From Candidatus Hadarchaeales archaeon (GTDB taxonomy: Archaea > Hadarchaeota > Hadarchaeia > Hadarchaeales > Hadarchaeaceae): 64,000 bases of DNA. The translations under genes and the position numbers were made by a program. The DNA lies in NCBI GenBank assembly GCA_038851075.1, contig JAWCLG010000002.1:38818-102817 (forward strand), read 5' to 3'. Shown in pieces: positions 37,259 through 46,335 of this stretch. The notes beneath the pieces were generated by a model. That model was not told where the DNA came from. It ran no database searches and was given only the letters and a program-made list of their open reading frames with translations. Numbering within the stretch: position 1 is the stretch's first letter; each line of letters begins with the position of its first letter.

Positions 37259-38476
37259 ATGTGGCTAGAGTGCATAGAATGCGGCAATAAACTGGATTTA
37301 GACGAGAGAAAATTCGAGTGCCCCAAATGCGGCGGATTGCTAGAGGTTGAGTTTGATCTGGGCAAGCTTAAGAAGAGCTTAAATGTTGAAAAAATTAAAA
37401 AAGAGCCCCCACGTGTATGGAAATACAGGGAATTTCTTCCGATAAAGGACGATTCCAAAATAGTTACGCTTGAGGAGGGAGGCACGCCTCTCTATCGTTG
37501 CGACCGCCTTGCAAGGGAGTTGGGGGTTAGAGAGCTTTACGTGAAGTACGAAGGTGCCAACCCTACAGGGTCATTCAAGGACAGGGGAATGACGGTGGGG
37601 ATTACGAAGGCTAGGGAGTTCGGGGTAAAAATAGTCGCGTGCGCGTCGACAGGAAATACATCTGCGTCTCTCGCTGCGTATGCTGCCAAAGCAGGGATAA
37701 GGTGCCTTGTGCTTCTTCCGAGCGGAAAGGTGGCGCTTGGGAAGCTTGCCCAGGCGGCCATGTATGGGGCTGAGATTATCTCAGTAAAGGGAAACTTTGA
37801 TGAAGCGCTGGACATAGTAAAGCGATTATGTGAAGAAAAGGAGGATATCTATCTCATGAACTCTATCAACCCTTTCAGACCACAGGGGCAGAAGACGATA
37901 GGGTTTGAAATCGCTGACCAGCTCGGGCTAAATCCTCCCGATAGGGTCATAGTTCCAATGGGCAACTGTGCGAACATATGGGCGATATATAAGGGATTTT
38001 TTGAGTACGAGCGCGTTGGCATAATAAAGAAAGTTCCAATGATGACAGGAATACAGGCGGAGGGATCTATGCCCATAGTCGATGCGATAAAAAAGGGACT
38101 GAAGCATTTCACTCCAGTAAAAAGGCCGGAGACCATAGCAACAGCTATAAGGATAGGCAATCCAGTGAACGGACCAAAGGCAATCAGGGCCATAAGGAAC
38201 ACCGGTGGAACGGCTGAAAGCGTGAGTGATGCGGAGATTATTTGGGCACAGAAGATCATGGCGAGGATGGAAGGAATAGGTGTGGAGCCATCCAGCGCTT
38301 CGACAATATCCGGGTTAAAAAAGCTGCTTGACCAGGGTATTGTTGGCAGGAACGAAAGAGTTGTTTGCGTGGCAACAGGAAATGTACTCAAGGATCCGGA
38401 GGAAGCGGTATCAATATGCAAAAAGCCAATCGAAATCGATGCTAAATACGAGAAGATCGTAAAATACCTGGAGTGA
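37259..38476 (+). CDS. thrC: Threonine synthase (archaeal type with an N-terminal Zn ribbon)
   Basis: CIECG...CPKCGG ribbon. PLP lysine motif GSFKDRGMT. Confidence 0.9.
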   Translation: MWLECIECGNKLDLDERKFECPKCGGLLEVEFDLGKLKKSLNVEKIKKEPPRVWKYREFLPIKDDSKIVTLEEGGTPLYRCDRLARELGVRELYVKYEGANPTGSFKDRGMTVGITKAREFGVKIVACASTGNTSASLAAYAAKAGIRCLVLLPSGKVALGKLAQAAMYGAEIISVKGNFDEALDIVKRLCEEKEDIYLMNSINPFRPQGQKTIGFEIADQLGLNPPDRVIVPMGNCANIWAIYKGFFEYERVGIIKKVPMMTGIQAEGSMPIVDAIKKGLKHFTPVKRPETIATAIRIGNPVNGPKAIRAIRNTGGTAESVSDAEIIWAQKIMARMEGIGVEPSSASTISGLKKLLDQGIVGRNERVVCVATGNVLKDPEEAVSICKKPIEIDAKYEKIVKYLE

Positions 38477-38480
38477 TCGG

Positions 38481-39788
38481 ATGAACCCTAGGGAAATGAT
38501 GGAGAAAACATTCGCTCTTCTGAAGGAGCATCACGAATGGTTCAAAAGGTCTATACCCCTGATCGCGAGCGAGAATGTTACTAGCCCAGCTGTCAGGGAG
38601 GCCATGATATGCGACTTTCAGCACAGATATGCGGAGGGATGGCCAACCGAGAGAGTCTATGCAGGCTGCAGGTACATTGATCAGGTTGAGATTCTCACAA
38701 TGGATCTAGCAAAAAACCTTTTTGGTGCTGAGCACGCAAACGTCCAGCCGATATCGGGAGTCGTTGCAAATCTGGCCATGTACACGGCTTTGACCAAGCC
38801 CGGTGATATTTTATTGTGTCTGTCAATACCATGCGGCGGACACATCAGCATGGGGAAGGAGCAGATGGGTGGCACAGCCGGGGCGGTTCACGGTTTGAGG
38901 ATAGAATACTGGCCTTTCGATGAAAAACGCATGAACATAGATGTTGACGCGGCAGCGAAAAAACTGCGGGAAGTAAAACCGAAGCTGGCACTTTTTGGTG
39001 GAAGCGTGTTCCTGTTTCCCCACCCCCTCAGGGAGCTCATTGATGTGGCAAAGGAAGTGGGAGCGTATGTGGGGTACGATGCGGCACACGTTTCCGGGCT
39101 CATAGCCGGCGGGCAGTTTCAGCATCCGATTCGTGAGGGTGTTGACATAATGACATGCAGCACACACAAGACCCTTCCAGGGCCACAGCGTGGAATGATA
39201 TTGTGCAAAAGGGAACTGGCCGATGCCGTTAACCGTGCGGTTTTCCCAGGAGTTGTCAGTAATCATCACCTCCATTCGATGGCCGCCCTGGCGGTGGCAC
39301 TGGCCGAAATGATGGAATTTGGCAGGGATTATGCGGCACAGATAGTTAAAAATTCCAGAGCCTTAGGAAAGGAAATGTTCGATCTAGGATTTGATGTTCT
39401 CTGCCCGGACTTCGGGTTCACGAGCTCTCACACAATCGTTGTGAACGTTTTGAAGTACGGTGACGGAGGGGAAATAGAAAGGAGACTGGAGGAGGCGAAT
39501 ATCATACTAAACAGAAACCTTCTTCCGTGGGACATAAGAGAGGGTAGAAACTTCAGAAAACCAGGGGGGATAAGGCTGGGCGTCTCCGAGGTAACAAGAT
39601 TAGGGATGAAAGAGGCTGAGATGAGAGAAATAGCAGAGTTCATAAAGAGAGTAGTTATAGATGGAGAGAGTCCAAGCCGGATATCTCAAGAAATTTCAGA
39701 GTTCAGAAAGGATTACCAGAAGATTCATTATTGTTTTGATTCAGCTGCGGATGCTTACGAATATATCGAACTCAGAAAAAAATTTTAA
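38481..39788 (+). CDS. glyA: Serine hydroxymethyltransferase
   Basis: TCSTHKTLPGPQ matches the SHMT PLP-lysine motif. 435 aa. Confidence 0.9.
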   Translation: MNPREMMEKTFALLKEHHEWFKRSIPLIASENVTSPAVREAMICDFQHRYAEGWPTERVYAGCRYIDQVEILTMDLAKNLFGAEHANVQPISGVVANLAMYTALTKPGDILLCLSIPCGGHISMGKEQMGGTAGAVHGLRIEYWPFDEKRMNIDVDAAAKKLREVKPKLALFGGSVFLFPHPLRELIDVAKEVGAYVGYDAAHVSGLIAGGQFQHPIREGVDIMTCSTHKTLPGPQRGMILCKRELADAVNRAVFPGVVSNHHLHSMAALAVALAEMMEFGRDYAAQIVKNSRALGKEMFDLGFDVLCPDFGFTSSHTIVVNVLKYGDGGEIERRLEEANIILNRNLLPWDIREGRNFRKPGGIRLGVSEVTRLGMKEAEMREIAEFIKRVVIDGESPSRISQEISEFRKDYQKIHYCFDSAADAYEYIELRKKF

Positions 39789-39829
39789 ATTTTAAATACA
39801 CTCGCGGGGGGCAAAGTTTCCAGACTTAG

Positions 39830-39865
39830 TTTTCCACTGATTTCCACTGATTCCACTGGAAAAAG
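39830..39865 (+). repeat. Tandem ORB-like repeats (TTTCCACTGA x2, then TTCCACTGGAAAAAG) upstream of mcm
   Basis: Three 10-bp-phased direct repeats. The third completes the palindromic mini-ORB core TTCCACTGGAA. The surrounding 39790-40210 region is AT-rich. Confidence 0.5.
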
Positions 39866-40211
39866 AAAGAAAAAGGTAAGTTTTAAGAAAAAGAGCGTTT
39901 TTCTAGCCGATAAAAAAAGAACTAAAAATAAGCTAGATTCGTCAGATGCTGGAGTTTTCCAGTTACCACTCCCTAAAAATGACAAAAAAACGGTGTTTTA
40001 TAGTTTTATACGGTCTGGCAGCCGGAGGTTTTTGGAATGAAGCCCGAGATATCAAGAGTTACCTGCTATACCGATGTTGAAAACGGTGTATATTTTTATT
40101 TGTTCAATAAAGTTAAAGAAGAAAATATTTCACTTGTCATGGCTAATGAAGTAAAAAGTTTTTACAGAACTCCTTTTAAGCACATCTGGAATATCCTTTC
40201 TGGCAGTTGGT

Positions 40212-42233
40212 TTGGAGGCTGGGCGATTGGTTGGCAGTACAGTTAAAGAGAGGCTAGAGGAATTCATCCGCCGTAAGGATTTCCTGAAAGAAACCAAAAA
40301 GAGGACCGCGTCCGGACATAAGTCGGTAGTGGTTTCTTTCTCGGAAATTTTGGATTTCGATAAAGATCTGGCAAACGGGCTTTTGGATTCTCCTTCAGAT
40401 ATACTGGACTGGGCTGATAAAAAACTTGAGGAGATCACCGGCATTCCGAACATGCACCTCCGGGTGTATGGTCTGCCAGAAACAGTGGAGATAAGAAATA
40501 TACGCGCAGACCACGTTGGGAAGTTCATTCAGGTTGACGGTATACTTACAAAGGCAGGAGAAGTAAAACCGGAGGCAAGGGAGGCCGTTTTCAAGTGCAG
40601 GTTCTGCGGTGAGGAAAATAGGGTGATACAGGCAGGCGAGTTCTTCAGGGAGCCGCTTTCATGTGAGAATCCGAACTGCAGGAGAAAGGGTGCTTTTGAA
40701 CTCGTTATAGAGAGCACAGTATTCAGAGACTGGCAGAGCATTTCTGTGCAGGAACCACCAGAGAAGCTTAGGGGAGGAAGAATCCCGCAGAAGTTGGACG
40801 GTATACTCAGAGACGACTTCGTTGATAGAGCAGTCCCAGGAAACCATGTCACCGTAACAGGTGTTCTAAAGGTTTTCCATGAGAGGCAGAAGAGAGAGCG
40901 CAGAACCACATTTAGGAAAATACTGTTTGTCAATCACATAGATGTGCGGCAGAAAGGAGTGGAGGAAACTGAGCTGACCCCTGAGGATGAGAAGAAGATA
41001 AGCGAACTTGCTAAGGATCCATGGCTCAGGAACAAAATAATTCAGTCAATAGCGCCTGCGATTCACGGCCATGAGGTCATAAAAGAAGCAGTTGCATTGC
41101 AGTTATTCGGCTGTAATCCAGTAGAACTCCAGGATGGAACTAGAATAAGGGGTGATGTTCACATTTTGTTATGCGGCGATCCGGGAACTGCAAAGAGCCA
41201 GATTCTTAAGTGGGTTTCAAACGTTGCCCCCCGTGGACTTTATACATCTGGAATGAAAACCACGGCCGCTGGAATCACTGCAGCGGCTGTTCGAGATGAG
41301 ATAGGAGGCGGGTGGGCGCTTGAGGCGGGAGCCCTCGTGATAGCGGATGGGGGTATTGCGTGCGTAGATGAGTTTGAGAAAATGGATGCGCAGGAGTCCT
41401 CGGCGATCTTGGAGTCTATGGAGCAGCAGACAGTTAGCATAGCCAAGGCTGGTATAGTGGCCACGCTGAACACCCGCACTGCGGTCCTCGCCGCGACAAA
41501 TCCCAAGTATGGGAGATTCGAGAGAAACATACCACCTCCCAAACAGCTTGCGATAGAGCCAGTTCTTCTCTCTAGGTTCGACCTGATACTTTTGCTTAAA
41601 GACGAGCCAAGACCTGACCTCGATCACTCAATAGCACAGCACGTTCTTCAGCTTCACTCTTCACCAAAAAAGGTCACCAAGGCACCGTTTGATGTGGATT
41701 TTCTGAGAAAAATAGTGATATATTCAAGAAAGTATCTTGACCCTAAGATACAGGACAAAGAGGTGATGAAGGCAATAGAGGACTTTTTCGTGGAGTGGAG
41801 AAAAGTAGTTTCTCAGGGAGCCCCGCTTCCGATAACCGTCAGGCAACTGGAATCAATAATCCGGCTCGCAAAGTGCAATGCTAGGATGAGGTTGAGCGAC
41901 AGAGTAACAGTTGAGGACGCAAACAAGGCAGTGGCGCTAATAAAAACCAGTCTAAGTGAGGCAGGAATAGATACGGAGGCAAACGTCGTTGACATAGATT
42001 TAATAATGACGGGAATTCCAAAGTCACAGAGGGATAAGCGCCAGAGGATAATGGACATCATAGGACAGCTCGAGGAACAGTATGGAGGTGCGGCCCCGAT
42101 ATCCAAGGTAAAGGACCTTGCCTCATCGGAGGGAATATCAGAAAATTTTGTGGAGCGGATGATTGAGGAAGAAAAGAAACGTGGATATCTGTACTCTCCG
42201 ACTCCGGAGACCGTAAGCAGGGCGGTGAAGTGA
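40212..42233 (+). CDS. mcm: MCM replicative helicase
   Basis: C4 zinc finger CRFCGEE...CENPNCRR, Walker A GDPGTAKSQ, Walker B DEFEKM, arginine finger SRFDL. TTG start. Confidence 0.95.
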   Translation: MEAGRLVGSTVKERLEEFIRRKDFLKETKKRTASGHKSVVVSFSEILDFDKDLANGLLDSPSDILDWADKKLEEITGIPNMHLRVYGLPETVEIRNIRADHVGKFIQVDGILTKAGEVKPEAREAVFKCRFCGEENRVIQAGEFFREPLSCENPNCRRKGAFELVIESTVFRDWQSISVQEPPEKLRGGRIPQKLDGILRDDFVDRAVPGNHVTVTGVLKVFHERQKRERRTTFRKILFVNHIDVRQKGVEETELTPEDEKKISELAKDPWLRNKIIQSIAPAIHGHEVIKEAVALQLFGCNPVELQDGTRIRGDVHILLCGDPGTAKSQILKWVSNVAPRGLYTSGMKTTAAGITAAAVRDEIGGGWALEAGALVIADGGIACVDEFEKMDAQESSAILESMEQQTVSIAKAGIVATLNTRTAVLAATNPKYGRFERNIPPPKQLAIEPVLLSRFDLILLLKDEPRPDLDHSIAQHVLQLHSSPKKVTKAPFDVDFLRKIVIYSRKYLDPKIQDKEVMKAIEDFFVEWRKVVSQGAPLPITVRQLESIIRLAKCNARMRLSDRVTVEDANKAVALIKTSLSEAGIDTEANVVDIDLIMTGIPKSQRDKRQRIMDIIGQLEEQYGGAAPISKVKDLASSEGISENFVERMIEEEKKRGYLYSPTPETVSRAVK

Positions 42234-42775
42234 TGCGGAAGAGCGTCATGTTTGGAGAAGAGATGGAAGAAGTTAAGCTCGTTGATAGGACGTTAGGACC
42301 GTTTTCTGCCGGAGATGAGGTTGAGCTCTGGAAATGGGATGCAGAAGTGCTCGAAAAGCATTCTCTGGTGGTTCCTTCAAAGTTATTTTCAGTTCAGGAT
42401 ATGCGCAAGTTAGCACTGCTTCAGGAGAGAAGTCAGAGCCCGATTACTCTCCCAGCAGACTTTTACAGCATCGCATTAGACAGCTTTAGGGACATTCTAT
42501 CTTCTGAGGGCAGGAAGGCGGCCGATGAGATGAAATCCGCATTGATGTCTCTTGTTGAGATAAGGATACCAAAACTGGTTTTACTTTCCGTGTCTTCCGG
42601 TTCGGGTTTTAATCTTCCACCGGAGGAGATGGTGCTTATCAACAGGATTTCGGAGGAAGTTGATGAATGGAGCAGAAAATTTTTGAATGAGCTGAAAAAA
42701 ATCGGGGAGGAGGTAGAAAAAGGTGGTTCAGGAGGGACTGTTCCACGAAATTCTACGGACGAGGCAGATATTTAA
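42230..42775 (+). CDS. Hypothetical protein between mcm and orc1; possible GINS subunit (Gins51-like)
   Basis: 181 aa, acidic and helical. The stop/start overlap with mcm suggests translational coupling. The GINS assignment rests on size and context only. Confidence 0.3.
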   Translation: MMRKSVMFGEEMEEVKLVDRTLGPFSAGDEVELWKWDAEVLEKHSLVVPSKLFSVQDMRKLALLQERSQSPITLPADFYSIALDSFRDILSSEGRKAADEMKSALMSLVEIRIPKLVLLSVSSGSGFNLPPEEMVLINRISEEVDEWSRKFLNELKKIGEEVEKGGSGGTVPRNSTDEADI

Positions 42776-43997
42776 AAATAGGGAGTATCTCAGACCGAGC
42801 TACACGCCGGATGAACTCCCACATAGAGAAGATCAGATCAAACAGCTCGCCAGAATACTCGCCGCACCACTGCGTGGAGAAACTCCATCCAACATATTCA
42901 TATATGGAAAACCCGGCACCGGAAAGACGGCATGTGTCAACTATGTCGGAAAGGAACTCGAAAAAGTCAGCGATAATGCACCTTTTGGGGTGGAGGTTGT
43001 TTACCTTAACTGCGAGATCATCAACACACCGTATCGCATTCTCGCTAGGCTGTCAGACCACTTCATAGATAAGTTAAAAAGATCCGAGGAAGGCGGAGAT
43101 CAGGCGGTTATTCCGGAGAAGGCGCCTAAAACGGGATGGCCGATGGATGAAGTTTACAGGATTTTTTTCAACGCTTTGGACTCCAGAAAACAGCTTGGGG
43201 TGGTAATTCTCGACGAGGTAGATAAACTGGTTAAGAAGAGCGGAGACGATATACTTTACATCCTCACGAGGATGAATTCAGACCTTAAGTCATCCAAAGT
43301 CGCTGTGGTTGGAATTTCAAATGACACCAACTTTATGGAGTACCTTGATCCAAGGGTTAGAAGTAGCCTTGGACAAGAGGAAATAGTTTTTCCGGCCTAC
43401 AACGCGCTGCAGCTGGCAGATATACTGCGAAAAAGAGCGGAGATGAGCTTTGTTGAAGGGGCTGTTGGGATTGGTGTGATAGACCTCTGTGCTGCTCACG
43501 CGGCCAGAGAACACGGCGATGCTAGGAGAGCGCTTGATCTGCTGAGGGTTTCAGGCGAGATAGCAGAGTCAAAAAACGCAGAGGCAGTCACTACTGAGCA
43601 TGTGATGCTGGCGCACTTGCAGATAGAGCGGGACAAAATGGTCGAGGTGATAAAAACCCTTCCAGCACAATCAAAGCTCGTCCTTTACAGTATAGTTTAC
43701 CTCATGGAAAGGACACCACGTAGGATAGTGAGCGGCGATGTTTACAGCGTATATCGAGAAAAGTGTATCAGCACTGGAAATTCGGTGCTCACCCCGAGAA
43801 GAGTGAGCGACCTTATATCTGAGTTGGATACACTTGGCATAATCAGCGCAACAATAATCAACAAAGGCAGATACGGCAGAACAAAGGAGATAAAGCTGAA
43901 TGTTCATCCCACCCAGGTGATGGCGGCGATCATCGAAGACCTACATGGAGTGAGCGCTAGCACAACAAGCGTTGCGGGGACCAGTTTTGGTTTTTAG
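42723..43997 (+). CDS. orc1: Orc1/Cdc6 replication initiator, paralog B
   Basis: Walker A GKPGTGKTA, Walker B ILDEVD, C-terminal winged helix. The GTG start overlaps the end of the upstream ORF. Confidence 0.9.
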   Translation: MVQEGLFHEILRTRQIFKNREYLRPSYTPDELPHREDQIKQLARILAAPLRGETPSNIFIYGKPGTGKTACVNYVGKELEKVSDNAPFGVEVVYLNCEIINTPYRILARLSDHFIDKLKRSEEGGDQAVIPEKAPKTGWPMDEVYRIFFNALDSRKQLGVVILDEVDKLVKKSGDDILYILTRMNSDLKSSKVAVVGISNDTNFMEYLDPRVRSSLGQEEIVFPAYNALQLADILRKRAEMSFVEGAVGIGVIDLCAAHAAREHGDARRALDLLRVSGEIAESKNAEAVTTEHVMLAHLQIERDKMVEVIKTLPAQSKLVLYSIVYLMERTPRRIVSGDVYSVYREKCISTGNSVLTPRRVSDLISELDTLGIISATIINKGRYGRTKEIKLNVHPTQVMAAIIEDLHGVSASTTSVAGTSFGF

Positions 43998-45539
43998 GTG
44001 GGACATGTGGAGGAAAACATTCTTATTCACAGGTTTATGGACCTAGGAGTACAGCTGAGCGAGGGGGCCCTCAAGTATATAATGAGCCAGAGCGACCCTG
44101 AGGCGACGGCATATCTTGTGATATCAAAGTTATCAAAGATGGAAAAAAGACCATTTTTAATAACAACTGATGCGATATCCGCAATTTTAATGGAATCAAT
44201 GGAGGAAACCCAAGTATTACATGAGGATCAGACTAGACCATCTGAGATAATTAAAAAATCCGTTCACACAAAGTTCAGGCCCGTTGCAGCGGAGTACGAG
44301 TCTAAAGTCAGTGTGAGGAGAGATATAACTGGAAAAAGCTACAGTGAAGGTGACATAAGGGACTTTTGGAGCCTTTTTTCAGATAGGTACGATAGGGTGA
44401 GCAGGCTCCTCCGTAACAGGGTGGAGCTCAGGGAAGCTGTTCCAATGGAAACCCTATCAAGTATGGGTGAAAGGGAAAAAGTAAGTGTAATAGGGATGGT
44501 CGCGGATAGACGCGAATCTTCTGCTGGAAATATAATAATAGACCTGGAGGATCCAACCGGCAGGGCCTTGGCTCTGGTTTTCAAGGGGAAGAAGGACCTT
44601 GTTTCTAAGGCTATGGATGTGGTAACTGACGAGGTCATAGGTGTTGTAGGATCACTTAGACCAGGTGATAGAATCCCGCGCATTTTCGTTACCGACATAG
44701 TTTGGCCGGATCTCCCCGTCAAACACGAGCTTGGCAGATCAGAGGACCCAGTCTGCGCGGCACTTATATCCGACCTACATGTCGGAAGCGAAATGTTTCT
44801 TGAGGATGTGTTCATGAAGTTCATGAAATGGCTTAATGAAGGGGCGGATGGGAAAGCTGAGGCGGAGCTGGCCGGAAAGGTGAAGTACCTGGTTGTTGCG
44901 GGCGACATTGTGGACGGAATAGGAGTTTATCCCGGCCAGGAGGGTGAGCTTCTTGTCGATGATATATTCAAACAGTATGAGATAGCGGCAAAACTTTTGG
45001 CTGAAGTACCGGACTACATAACTGTTATTGTCACACCGGGTAATCACGATGCAGTGCGTCCGTCCGAACCGCAGCCGGCGATACCGAAGGATATTGCGGG
45101 TGATTTTTATGAGAGAGGGTTCTTGATGGCAGGAAATCCGGTTTTGGCCAACATCCATGGCGTGAATTTCATAGTATATCATGGAAGGAGCGTTGATGAT
45201 ATGGTAGGCGCCGTTCCGGGTCTTGACAGAAAGGATTCGGTAAAGCCGTTTGTAAAGCTTCTTCAGAAGAGGCACCTCGCACCGATTTATGGCGGAAGAA
45301 CTGCGATCTCCCCTGAGAGAGCGGACTATATGGTTATCGATGAAGTGCCGGACGTCTTGCACTGCGGCCATGTCCACGTTAATGGGTACTCTAAGTACAG
45401 GGAAGTTTCGATCGTAAACTCTGGAACTTTTCAGTCAAAAACTCTATACATGCAAAAACTTGGGGTTGAGCCGACCCCTGGGATGGTACCGATATTTGAT
45501 CTGCAGACCCACCAGGTGAGGGTGGTTCGATTTGCTTAG
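43998..45539 (+). CDS. polD1: DNA polymerase II (PolD) small subunit DP1
   Basis: OB-fold followed by calcineurin-like phosphoesterase motifs (DLHVG, GDIVD, GNHD, HCGHVH). Confidence 0.9.
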   Translation: MGHVEENILIHRFMDLGVQLSEGALKYIMSQSDPEATAYLVISKLSKMEKRPFLITTDAISAILMESMEETQVLHEDQTRPSEIIKKSVHTKFRPVAAEYESKVSVRRDITGKSYSEGDIRDFWSLFSDRYDRVSRLLRNRVELREAVPMETLSSMGEREKVSVIGMVADRRESSAGNIIIDLEDPTGRALALVFKGKKDLVSKAMDVVTDEVIGVVGSLRPGDRIPRIFVTDIVWPDLPVKHELGRSEDPVCAALISDLHVGSEMFLEDVFMKFMKWLNEGADGKAEAELAGKVKYLVVAGDIVDGIGVYPGQEGELLVDDIFKQYEIAAKLLAEVPDYITVIVTPGNHDAVRPSEPQPAIPKDIAGDFYERGFLMAGNPVLANIHGVNFIVYHGRSVDDMVGAVPGLDRKDSVKPFVKLLQKRHLAPIYGGRTAISPERADYMVIDEVPDVLHCGHVHVNGYSKYREVSIVNSGTFQSKTLYMQKLGVEPTPGMVPIFDLQTHQVRVVRFA

Positions 45540-46335
45540 ATGCAGAGCGCTCGACGGAATTTCAGGCGTTATAATTGACCTTGATGGAGTCGTGTGGGTG
45601 GGTAGAACAACAGTGGCTGGGGTCCAAGAGGCCATTCAGGCCATAAGAAGGATGGGAAAGCGAATAGTTTTCACGACAAATAACTCCTCAAAAAGCAGGA
45701 AGGAGTACGTAAAGATGCTCAGGAGGTCAGGGGGGGATGCAGAGGAGCATGAGGTCTTAACTTCAGGATATGCTGCTGCGGAGTACCTTAGGCGAAAAAA
45801 AGACGCAGTCCGGGCCCATGTAGTTGGCGAGAGGGGACTTAGAGAGGAACTCGTGCGCGCCGGAATAAAGATTCTCCCAGAAGAAAAATCGGAGGATGCC
45901 ACCCATCTGGTTGTTGGCTTAGACAGAACGATCAACTACAGAAAAATATGGTTCGCCATGAAGTCTCTCATGTCAGGAGCGGAGTTCGTGGCAACAAACA
46001 CAGATCCAACTTACCCAACTGAACTCGGGCTTACACCAGGGGCTGGGGCGATTGTCGGTGCAATCTCAGGATGCTCGGGCAGAAATCCAGATGTAGTGCT
46101 CGGAAAACCATATCCTTACATCATGAAAATGGCTCTTGAATTGCTGGGCACAGGCGCAGGTCAGACCGCGATAATTGGCGACAGGCTGGAGGTTGATGTA
46201 AAGGCAGGAAAATTGTGTGGCATAAGGACAATACTAGTTTTGAGTGGGGTTACAAAAAGAGAAGATCTGAGAAAAGTGGAGAGGGATATGAGGCCAGATT
46301 TTGTTTTTAACAGTCTTTCAGAGGTGGTGTCATGA
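45532..46335 (+). CDS. HAD-superfamily hydrolase, subfamily IIA (NagD-like)
   Basis: IIDLDGVVW (motif I), TNNS, GKP, IGDRLEVD. Confidence 0.8.
   Translation: MLRCRALDGISGVIIDLDGVVWVGRTTVAGVQEAIQAIRRMGKRIVFTTNNSSKSRKEYVKMLRRSGGDAEEHEVLTSGYAAAEYLRRKKDAVRAHVVGERGLREELVRAGIKILPEEKSEDATHLVVGLDRTINYRKIWFAMKSLMSGAEFVATNTDPTYPTELGLTPGAGAIVGAISGCSGRNPDVVLGKPYPYIMKMALELLGTGAGQTAIIGDRLEVDVKAGKLCGIRTILVLSGVTKREDLRKVERDMRPDFVFNSLSEVVS

Noticed and set aside
39830-39865. Direct repeats considered as a possible CRISPR array
   Set aside because: There are only three 10-bp units with no spacers. The sequence matches the ORB core rather than a CRISPR repeat.
40037-40246. 69-aa ORF inside the AT-rich ORB spacer upstream of mcm
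   Set aside because: It overlaps the mcm start and lies in the origin-like region. It has no RBS or conserved features.
41217-41627. Minus-strand ORFs antisense to mcm
   Set aside because: They lie inside the strongly supported mcm CDS.
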